NCBI GenBank assembly: GCA_008632985.1
Contig: QPGO01000163.1
Coordinates: 62,001-126,000 of the forward strand
DNA length: 64,000 bases
Direction: 5' to 3'
DNA from: Psammoneis japonica
Taxonomy: Eukaryota
In this document: piece after piece, positions 24,570-34,481 of the stretch
Position numbering within the stretch: the stretch's first letter is position 1
How the letters are laid out: every line of letters begins with the position of its first letter
Notes under the pieces: generated by a model
The model's database searches: none
Told to the model about the DNA's origin: nothing
What the model saw: the letters and a program-made list of their open reading frames with translations, nothing else
Made by a program: the position numbers and the translations under genes

Positions 24570-25193
24570 TGACATCTGCTCTGGCAAGTCAAAAGAAACC
24601 CCTTGCCATTGCACTCAGAGTGGCTCGCCGCCTTTGCCTTGTGATCTCCACTTGACTGGCTGGTCGCGCTCGGCTCTTGGTTGCGCATGCAGCCACGCAG
24701 AGCTCCAGCACTCTTGAGCTGTTGTCGATTGAGTCTCTCCAAGTCAATTGATTCTCAGTCCTGAACTTGCACTTTTTTCGCAACAGGGCTCCCCATCCTG
24801 CATGCTGTTCTGTGCAGCAGTCATCAGTCAAGTCACCCCACGAAATGAACACGCGACCTGCGTTTCTTCTCCTGTGCGGAACAAATTCTCTCTAAATGAC
24901 TGACACGACCTGGTCGACAAGGATGTTCTCGCGCGGAAAGCTCGCGCGCGCCAAAAATGACACTAGTTACAGTCAACCGTGAAGATTGAAAATAAAAAAA
25001 TCAATTATTGCCTGATCGGAGGAGTCGACATGCAACTCCCGCATGTACAGTACAGCATTAGAATACGGTTACTTTCCGTTGTAAAAGTATATAAACCTTT
25101 AATTATGCAGATAATGATTTGCTGTTACCTTCTCTCTTCCGGCAGTTGTTTTTGTTGACCCTCCCTATCTATCCACCACGCACTCGCAACATT

Positions 25194-26276
25194 ATGCTCA
25201 CCATGATGCTGAAAAAGAAGCACACCGAAAAGCCAGAGCTGACAAAGGAACGTCAATCGAGCACAGCCACAGCCGTTACTGCAACTACTATTGATGATGT
25301 TGAAACTGCTGCAATGGAAGCAATCGAAACAAGCATTGCTGTTATAGCCGGTGACAGCAGCAACAGCACAACAGTATTTTGTACTCAAGTTCCGGTGGGT
25401 AGTGACGAACAACAACATGAAGTTTGTTTGGTGCAAGAACAATACAATGAAAACGAAAGCTTCAATACTCGATGGAGCATCAAGCGACCTCGACAAAAAT
25501 TACTCCTTACTCTTATATTATTGGCACTGGCAGTTGCGTTATCGATTGGAATAGCGGTGGGATTAACAAGAAGAAAACACCGAGACGAGCAAAGCAACAA
25601 TAGCAACAATACCGGTACAAACAGTACTCCGCCTGGTGAGTCTCAACAACAACAAAACAATAATACTACTGCACCAACAATAGCACCATCACCTAAACCA
25701 TCATCCACGTCGTCATCACCACCAACAGCTCCACCACTTTCGGCGGATGCAAAAAATTGGCTCGATGCACACAATTCGCGTCGAAGAGCCTTTTTTGCAA
25801 AACATAATGTCTCAAATGTCGATTTGCAATGGAGTCCCGGCGTGGCTGCCAGTGCCCAAGTGTATGCCAATCGATTAATTGCCATTCCCGACGAGTGCGA
25901 AATACTTCACGGATTGGATGGTGATCGGTACGGTGGTGAGAATCTAGCCATGAATTGGCGTCGTGGCTCTTCCAACAATAGTACCAACCCGCGTTCACGA
26001 GAAGATGTGTTAAAAAGTTGGTATAATGACGAAATCCATTTACAAGATCGAAACAAGATACACTTTTCTCAAGTTGCCTGGCGTGCGACACACTATTTGG
26101 GTTGCGCCGAAGCAACCAAACCCCTTTGGGACGGACACTGCTATATACAAGTATGTCGTTATGTGCGACCCGGAAATTGCAATGTCGATTGGACCAATTG
26201 GACGCATGTGACGCAAAGCATGTTGCGAGAGAAGAGTGCATGCAAACCACACTGTCCACCGGAGGGGTGTGTATAA
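25194..26276 (+). CDS. CAP/SCP/PR-1 superfamily protein with one transmembrane helix and a Pro/Ser/Thr linker
   Basis: WLDAHNSRR, LQWS, YGGENLA, SWYNDE, HFSQVAWRATHYLGCA, VCRYVRPGNC; TM LLLTLILLALAVALSIGIAVGL; normal TpA. First in-frame ATG used. Confidence 0.9.
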   Translation: MLTMMLKKKHTEKPELTKERQSSTATAVTATTIDDVETAAMEAIETSIAVIAGDSSNSTTVFCTQVPVGSDEQQHEVCLVQEQYNENESFNTRWSIKRPRQKLLLTLILLALAVALSIGIAVGLTRRKHRDEQSNNSNNTGTNSTPPGESQQQQNNNTTAPTIAPSPKPSSTSSSPPTAPPLSADAKNWLDAHNSRRRAFFAKHNVSNVDLQWSPGVAASAQVYANRLIAIPDECEILHGLDGDRYGGENLAMNWRRGSSNNSTNPRSREDVLKSWYNDEIHLQDRNKIHFSQVAWRATHYLGCAEATKPLWDGHCYIQVCRYVRPGNCNVDWTNWTHVTQSMLREKSACKPHCPPEGCV

Positions 26277-27136
26277 TGTGATGCTAATACAAGTATGTAG
26301 AGGAGAAGACGGCATTGTCTAAAAAAAGCAACTCTTGGCTTTTGGGAAAAGGAAAATGCGCATTATTTCAAGAATAGACCTGTCTAAAACTTGTAACACT
26401 ACGATAACAAGGCTCGTCTTGGAGTACAGCGACAAGATGAACAGCACGAGTATCCAAGCAAAAGAGAAGTATGTGTGTACCACGGCGAGACTTGGCTACT
26501 AGTAGAGTCCGATGAAGAGAGTTCGTACTCAAGTGATGGTGCACGGCAAGGAGTCGGAATTGAAAGAAAAACTACTTGATGATGTCTCTGCTACAAGATT
26601 TTTTTTCGAATAACTATAGACATTGTTATTTGCGACAAAACACAGTACCGCAATGTAAACCACCCATTCATTGGTTGGTTCTTTCGGATCCCCGACAAGC
26701 CACATAGAAGTAGTAAGTCTCAAGCTAAAGTCTCGCCCTTTGGGGGGATTTGGAGGTTCATGGCGAACCAAGGGACCCACAAGGATGGAGCCACGTTTGG
26801 TTTCTGAATTTGTGAGAAACAAGATAAGCATTATGAAATTGATTGTCGAGCTTATCAAACCCAAACTAAGCTTGTGTGGATTTGCCGAGTGATGCGGTAC
26901 GTGGAGAACGCACTTATTATTGTCCACCTCAGACTCAGCAACAGCGACGCGACGAGCAATTAAATTGAAATCTCTGAAAGGGGGTGAATGGATGAGACGC
27001 AAGGATTCGAATGAGAATGGCGCTTTTCCAAGTTGTCTTGAAATAAGTATCCTGCTATAAGTTTATTAGCATGATGATATATTATGTACAACAAACAGGA
27101 CGAGCACCGCCAACTAAAAAGCCATCACTATTACAA

Positions 27137-30100
27137 TTACACACCCCTCGCTCTCGTCAACCATTTGTCTTTGTTTTCCTTTTTCACCCATGCCCACTGG
27201 CCGTCATGGTGGACAAGGTCCATCTCGTCTTCCCAATCGCGATTGTCCCTCTCGGTTGCGATTTCCTGAATGTCGCGATAAGCCTTGAGTTCGAGCTCCG
27301 TCTTTGTGAGCTTTGCAATCCGATCCAAAACGTCACTGTCGTCATCCGGCGTAGACAGACAATCCTTGAGGCCATCTCTAATGTCCTCAAACGCATCCTC
27401 GTCCAGGAGCATTTTTTCTTCGTAAAACTGCTGGATAAACTCCAACTTGGCATTGTCATCACCACCCGTCATCCAATCCGGCAGCGGAATTGGAAGGCCG
27501 TAGGTTACCGCCACAGCCCGTAGAACAAGCAAGCTAAACTTGAGTACCGGAAGCGATCGCTTTACCCACGTCTTGAGCTGTTTAAGCTTGATATATGAGG
27601 TAATGGGCGACTGGTCGTAGTCACATAAGAACATCAACTTGTACTTTCGAGTAAACGGACGCTTGAGGGAGCTTGGTGCGGGGTATATGATGCACAAGCG
27701 AGGACAGTCTAGCTTGGAAGTCGCCAGGAGAGATATTCCCTGGCCGAAGACTTTCTTAACAGATTCGAATCCAAGTCGGCACTCCCTGACAATTCGATTG
27801 ATGTCATCATTCGTGACGTGAGTCTTCCTTCGTTGATCGGCGGCTACAATAGCGTTGGCCCATCCATAAGTCGGAATCAACTTGTAGAGACTTGTAGCGA
27901 CAAAAAAGCACCCGCCGCAAGTAATTTTCCCACACAGAACACCCTTTCGAGAGCAGTCTGAGCAAGAGGTACATGGGCAAGGAAACTGGTTGGCTCCCAA
28001 GTTAGACCGAGCTAGATCGGTCAAACACTGCCTGCAAATGAAGTGGTTCAAGTCGCAGCATTTTCCCCGATGAGAATGACCTTTGCACTTTGAACATTTT
28101 CTACTCTGTGCAAGACGTTTCTCGTTGAGAGATGCGACGGATCCGGCTACAAGGGTAGACTCGTATTGCGTCACTGTGGTGCGCTGAGCCGGGGTAAGCG
28201 GCAGTCTATTTTCCAGTTCAACGCACAAGTCCTCGAGAGCAAAGTAGAGCTCGTCCATGGAATATCGATCATTTGGCGCAGTGGCGGTACACTTCAAAGC
28301 AATCTCGAGGAGTTTGCCTGAGGTAGAGTCATCCTTCCAGTTAGTCCTCGTCGCTTTCACTCGCGATAGCAGTTCGAACTTGTAGGCTCTTCTTGCCTCG
28401 TCTGTTGTGAGTGATTTTTCAATCGGTACAAAGTATACATCGGACAAGATCATTACGATCATCAGCACTCCAACAGAGTATACTTCACTCTTCTCGGTAA
28501 AATGAGGGCTTGCGGACCGGTATTCGGGCGCCATGAATGCTGGGGTTCCGGGGTTCGAGGTTAGAGTGCCACCAGGATTGGTTTGGTCGACAACTTGCGC
28601 AATACCAAAATCAATCAATTTGGCGCTCGGGGCGTCCTCCCATTCCGTCTCGAGACAGATGTTGCTTGGCTTGATATCTCGATGATGAATGCCGTGGAGG
28701 TGTAGGTGCCTCAACGCACCAACGGCATCAAGAGTAATCTTGGCAACGTGCCGGGGACTGAGCTTGGAGTTTTCAACTCCATCGCGAAGAACATCGTCCA
28801 CTGTTCCATCTACGAAATACTCCACAACCAAATAATACTGGTTTTTTGTAGGTACCTCCACAAACGAGTAGACTTGAACAACATTTTGATGCTGGATTTT
28901 TGACAAGTTCTAATCATACGTGTATAAGAAAGTAAACATAATTTAGTAGACTTGAGTGTCGAATAGAAGAAGAAGAACATGGTACGACAACTTACCTTGA
29001 GCTCTTTCTGGAATTCCTCCTCGGGATTTCGCAGTTGGGAAGTATCGAATTTCTTCACAGCGAAAACCAGGTCGCGGTCGTTACCACGACAAACCGTACC
29101 GAATCGGCCATTTCCAATTTCCGAATTGAAATCATTGGTTGTTTTTGCCAAGTACGACAAGGTCAACGGCTCCATGTCGTCCCCGCTTGAACCTTCTTCC
29201 ATTGCCTTCTTCAATATCGCCCTGCATTTCTCCAATTCCGCGTTGCTTGGTGCATTCACTGATCCGTAGAGCTCTTTCCAATCCTTTTTTTCTGCCTCGA
29301 GCTGCTTTTCGCGTTTTTCCAATTCTCTCTTAATCCTAGCAGAAGCTTCCCGTTTACCACTGTCGGTTGCATCAATGAACGCCGTATTCAGCTCGTTAAC
29401 TTTTGTTTCAACGGAAGTCCGAGTTAACAAGGAATCCTTGTTTTCATTGTAATACTTCATCAGCTTTTCTCTTCTTTCCTTTTTCAACTCGTAGTCTTTG
29501 CGTGCTTGTTGAACAGCCTTGGATGTAAAGCTGCTCGCTCGCTTCACAGTGTCACGGGCTGTGGCGATCTCCTGATCCAAAGTATGAATCTCCCAGTCCA
29601 GCCGCGTCCGCGTCACAGGCAATGTATCATCGCCCTTCTTCTTTCCCGGTTTTGGCGTCGACTTGTGTGCTTCCAAAATCGAAACTACTTGGGAATGACC
29701 GTTTCGTTGGGCCATGTCCAGCGCACTCTGTTTGCGAAAGAGGCCTACTTTAAGATCGGCATTAGCCCCATGATCCAAAAGAAGCTGGACGATCTCACCG
29801 TGTCCATTCTTGGATGCAGCCATGAGAGGCGTCTTTCCACCTTTGCAACTAGCGTTTGCTTTGGCACCGCGGTCCATCAAGATTCTTGCAGCATCCACTT
29901 GTCCTTGTTTGCTAGCGTGGTAAAGCGCAGTCGAGCCGTCACTGTCGACTGCCTCCACATTTACAGCATCATCAAGGAGTCCTGCTAGCGATTCCCAGTC
30001 GCCATTACGAGCAACAATGGGTAAACTCTTTTCTGCGCATTCTTCTCCTACAAACAAGAGATACAAAATAAAAAATAGGTCGCGTGAGAGACAACATCTG

Positions 30101-31093
30101 CATTCTCATGCTTCTTCTACAAAATCACACGATGCAGCCAACGGTGCAACCGAAAAACGTACGAGTCAATTTTGGCCGAGGCGGCGGATTTCGAGTCTTG
30201 TTCTCGTTTTTTTTTTCCAATGCCTGGATTTCACTTTTCAAAGTATCGGAAATGCCCTCGTTGTTGCCCAAGCTCAAGAGCGTCAAACTCCCATTGTGTT
30301 GTTGTAGGGTTTGCAGCAACGCTTTTCCACCGTCGACACCAATTTGGTTGTTGTAAAGACAGAGCTCTTTCAATGCGGAGTTGGTTGCCAGTGCCGTTGC
30401 GAGTGCTTCTGCACCGTCATCACCAATTTGGTTGCCATAAAGATGGAGCTCTTTCAATGTGGAGTTGGTTGCAAGTGCCGTTGCGAGTGCTTTTGCACCG
30501 TCGTCACCAATTTTGTAGTTACCAAGATCGAGCACTTGCAATGTGGAGTTGGTTGCGAGTGCTGCTGCGAGCGCCATTGCACCGTTGTCACCAATTTGGT
30601 TGTTGAAAAGACAGAGCTCTGTCAATGTGGTGTTGGTCTTGAGTGCCGTTCCGAGCGCTTTTGCACCGTCGTCACCAATTTTGTTGAAAGAAAGATTGAG
30701 CACTTGCAATGTGGTGTTGGTTGCAAGTGCCGTGGCAAGCGCTGTTGCACCAACGTCACCGATTTGGTTGTTGCAAAGATCGACCATTTTCAATGTGGAG
30801 TTGGTTTTGAGCGCCGTTGCGAGCGCACTTGCACCGGCGTCACCAATTTGGTTGCAGTAAAGATAGAGCTCTGTCAATGTCGAGTTGGTTTTGAGTGCCT
30901 CTGCAAGCACTTCTGCACCGTCATTGCCAATTTGGTTGCTGCCAAGACGGAGCACTTGCAATGTGGTGTTGGTCTTGAGTGCCTCTGCGATCGCTTTTGC
31001 ACCGGCGGCGTCAATTTGGTTGCAGGTAAGATTGAGCTCTGTCAATGTGGGATCATTTTCCCGGAGACGACAGCAGGCTTCGTCGAGTCTCAT
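27137..31093 (-). CDS. LRR-ankyrin-coiled coil-Ser/Thr kinase-Cys-rich protein (~1251 aa); exons 31093-30163, 30047-28996, 28909-27137
   Basis: About nine 28-aa RI-like LRRs; ankyrin repeats (GSTALYHAS, GKTPLMAAS); kinase IGNGRFGTV, FAVKK, HRDIKPSN, DFG, MAPE. Introns 30048-30162 (GTACGT..TAG) and 28910-28995 (GTAAGT..TAG) join all three ORFs in frame. The LRR-ankyrin join is inferred. Confidence 0.8.
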
Positions 31094-31516
31094 GCTGTTG
31101 CAAAATCACGCATGCGACAGCCAAACACGAAATGCAACCAAGCCAAGCACAACAACAACACAAATTGATTGTTTGCAAGTGTGGTTGCTTTTTCTACAAG
31201 AGATTCAATGCAATGCAAGCAACGAAATGACGCACGAATGTGGAGATGGCGACAACAATGTGCAATGTGTTGCAAAAAAAGAACGACAGCTGCTGCGGAG
31301 GAGGTGGGTCATCGATCGATCCGCGACTCTTGATCGTGCTTTTCCAACACAACAACATGTTTGGATTTTTGGATCCAAAAGATCGGAACCACAAGTGTCA
31401 CTTGAAGTTCAGGCCAGCACAACGACATGTTCAAATGGATTCAGGATTCAAAAGGAAGTTCGACATCGTCTGTGCGTGCATCCTGAAGACCGCATCTTCC
31501 GGATTCTTTGACGGAA

Positions 31517-31712
31517 GACGAGTTCCAGTCCGGTCCTGCCACCTGCACACCAGAGCTCTAGTGGTGGGACTCCATGTGACATTTGGCCCGTAGAATTCTA
31601 CGTGCGAGCTCCGCAGTAAATTTGTCAACAGGAATCATTCGAAAATGTCGCAAGAGTCACAATTGGCATTTTACATGAGGAAAAATGCCAAATCGTGTAG
31701 AAATGTACACAA
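31517..31712 (-). mobile_element. Truncated, divergent member of the GAC-terminus MITE family
   Basis: GACGAGTTCCAGTCC, then GGTGGGACT...GTGACATTTGGCCCGTAGAATTCTACGTGCGAGCTC and TGTAGAAATGTAC; second TIR not found. Confidence 0.7.
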
Positions 31713-31741
31713 TGTCATACGAGAGGGTGATTGGGGCTGCT

Positions 31742-31852
31742 AACTTTTCGGGAACTCAATTGAAATGTCATCTGACCAAGGGTGTTTTGATTTAGATGGT
31801 GAAGAGCAGTGCCCTTGGTCAGATGACATTTCAATTGATTTCCCGAGGAGTT
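31742..31852. repeat. Near-perfect hairpin, 41-bp arms with 29-nt loop
   Basis: TCAATTGAAATGTCATCTGACCAAGGG and CCCTTGGTCAGATGACATTTCAATTGA form a perfect 27-bp core, extending to 41 bp with 3 mismatches. Confidence 0.85.
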
Positions 31853-31859
31853 GACATTC

Positions 31860-33390
31860 GAACACGGACGGGTGGACAGACTGATGACAAACATTTCTGG
31901 TGCTCTTCTACACAACTTCTGCGCAATGACTCTGAGAGCCGAATGATTCCTGTTGAAGCAATGAAAACACACCTCCATCCCACTCTCCATCGTGAGTCTA
32001 TGCGTCGACCGATGTCGTGTGCGCTGCGCACACCCGAAGTCTCCTCATGGACTCTCGCGGAAGTGAGACGGACGATGCACCAGAGTCGCACGCAGGTGAT
32101 TTGTTGCCATGCCCTCCTGGCATGTTTCGTGCAGAATTCTCCGCAGAAAAGTTTTTTGTGCATGTAGAAACATGCGGGGATTCCGGAGGCATGGCAACAA
32201 ACCATCCGTCTGACTTCCGCCAGAGTCCATGAGGAGACCTTCGGGTGAGTGCGAGCGAGCGTGAAGAACGGTCGATGCACAGACTCACGATGGAGAGTGC
32301 CTCCATCCTTCACACGAAGCAACTGTAAAAAATGGTCGAGGTTGTTGAGTGAGGATCACTTCAGTGCTTTTGAGGGAAATGCTGGCGAGACTGGTGTGCT
32401 CTCTGCAAAGCAGCTGAGCGAACTGTCCACTGCACAAAACGAGCATCAAATCGTTGCCCACCTGATGCCACATCTCAAAGCACCGTTTTCAGTTCTGAGG
32501 AACACAAATGGATCGAGACCAGCTCCGAGATGACCATTTGCAATGAAAAGCCGGACTTGATTGTCTGTCACCCCGCCCTTGTCGATTTCAAACCACCTTT
32601 CAAGTGTGACAAAGACCAAAGCTGAAAGACATGAAAAGAAGTGAAGACAAATTTGGAGTCCTTCCCAAATGGAAACTTTGTGATTTCATCAGCCTTGCTT
32701 GTAAGGCCAAGCAGTGTATGACGTTTTGGTGAGGTGACAAATTGTGGAAGGCACATTTGCTTCGGAAAAGATGGTGCGTGGCAACAAGGCTGGTCCTCTT
32801 TGACAAAAAGGAGTTCTGGCTGGTTGATTCCGTAAGAGGAACAGTTTCAAATGTTTTGACTTGTGGACTGCAGAGGGGTCCAGGCACCTGCTGCATGATT
32901 TTGTTCGCCAACCCCGATTGGCAAAAGTTTTGTGCAAAGCCAGCAAGTCTTTTCAACTGAAGGTTGGGACAGATTCCTTTTTGGGTGCTGGTGCATTTGG
33001 GTGTGCATTCCGTGCACAGCATCTGGACGGCAGGGAAATTGCTCTGAAAGTTGTGGTGAAGCACGGAACAAATGAAGCCGTGAAGCAACTGGAGTGCAAA
33101 AAAGAAAGAATGACCAAAGCAAAGAAACGGTGTCCAAATCATGTGATGGGCGTGGAGGAGGATGGATTCAAGGAATTCGAAGATGGAGTTGTTTTGCTTT
33201 TGTCGAATGTCGGCAAGCACTGTTCCAAGCTTGCATCGCAAGACATTTTTGACTCTTTTGTTGTCCCACATGACAATGGCATCTTGTGTGGCAACGCATG
33301 CCTGGAAAATGTTGTTTGTGTGGATGGAAAACCTGTCTGGATTGATTTTGCTGAATCTGCTTTGGTGTTTGGGAAAATGAGCAGCAATGA
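31860..33390 (+). pseudogene. Crinkler-like nuclease-fold + kinase pseudogene, split by a MITE and by Plavaka copy B (tail resumes at 44108)
   Basis: KPDLI upstream; kinase FLGAGAFG, IALKVV, decayed HGD loop (ILCGNACLENVV) and WIDFAES; the frame reads on across the excised element (MSSN|EERGLL). Start approximate. Confidence 0.65.
31981..32299. mobile_element. Mutator-like MITE (319 bp) with long TIRs and 9-bp TSD
   Basis: CACTCTCCATCGTGAGTCT...AGACTCACGATGGAGAGTG; inverted homology over ~90-140 bp; TSD CCTCCATCC at 31972-31980 and 32300-32308. Confidence 0.9.
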
Positions 33391-34481
33391 CATCAGAGTG
33401 CACAATGTCGCAATGTCTGCACACATGACAAAAACATGTTGCTGTGTTGTAAAATCTTCTCATCCATGTGCAATGGTCTTTGTCATGTGCTTGATTGTCA
33501 ATCTCATGCTGCTCTTCATGTTTAGATGCAGATCTTTTTAAATTTCAAGCTGTGCCTTTTTCACAATTACAAACGACATTCATCGACAAGCCAAACATTG
33601 CAATCGCATGTGATGCCGTTTTCATCATGTGAAGTGTGCACTAATTGTTCAACCAATTGCTGTGCTCCAATTTTCCCAGTCGTCCGTCTCGTCCTCTACA
33701 TTCCACATCTCTTGTCTTCTGTCTTGCATGGCTTTCAGATGCTCCGCCGCGGCGTCGGATGTTTCCTTGTCACCATTCCAAAATGGCCACATTGCACTTC
33801 TTGCATTTGGGTGAACAAAATCTAGAGGAAGAGGTCCCTCAAAAGGCCGAATGCGCCACAGCGGATCGCTGCTCTCCTGCTGTTGACGGTTTGTGCCGAT
33901 GTCTCTTTCTCTTTCTTTCTTTTTTCTCCTGTCCTCTTTTTCTCTTCCTTCTTTGCTGTGGCCCCGCCTGTTTTTGCCGTCTCCGGTGTCTTTCCATCCA
34001 AGTCCTTCTTTTTTGTCGTTCCCGTTGCCGTCACCTTCATCGTCTGTTGTTGTTGTTGTTGTTGTTGTTGTTTTTTCTTTTGTGTGTCACTGTGTTTTGG
34101 ATTCATGTTTCTGACTTCTCCCCATGCTGTCTTCATTTTTGAATGTTTCTTTGTGATTGTTGGTGCACGTCACTTGAAGGCACCCACGTGTTCATCAAGC
34201 ACTGAAATGCACATGTAGAAATCCATGTTGTTTTCCAGTGTGTGCACCCCTCTCCTGCCAATGTTCCTCACAATGTTTTCTTCCATCAATTCTGCACTCC
34301 ACATTGCCCTTTCCCGGTGTAAACTCGCGTAAAATTTTTCCCTGGGAGAAGTTGCGTGCGCGTCTGGTGGGTTTTTGTGCATTTTTTTCCCAGCCCCACC
34401 AGGCGCGCATGCACCTTCTCCCACGCGCCACTCTGGTGTGTTTCTACAGAAACCAGAACATTGGGTGTTGGAATGGCAACC

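Noticed and set aside
1..24900. Classical RIP or CpG deamination alone as the cause of the TG/CA excess
   Set aside because: RIP raises TpA and CpG decay leaves it unchanged, whereas TpA is nearly absent. CpG decay is present but cannot give Tyr->Cys/His. TG-versus-CA differences alone were treated as ambiguous.
26529..27002. 157-aa minus-strand ORF in TA-normal DNA
   Set aside because: Non-ATG start and no recognisable motif; it may be intergenic or a gene fragment.
30311..31168. 285-aa plus-strand Cys-rich repeat ORF
   Set aside because: Antisense shadow of the LRR exon, open because stops are scarce in TA-poor repeats.
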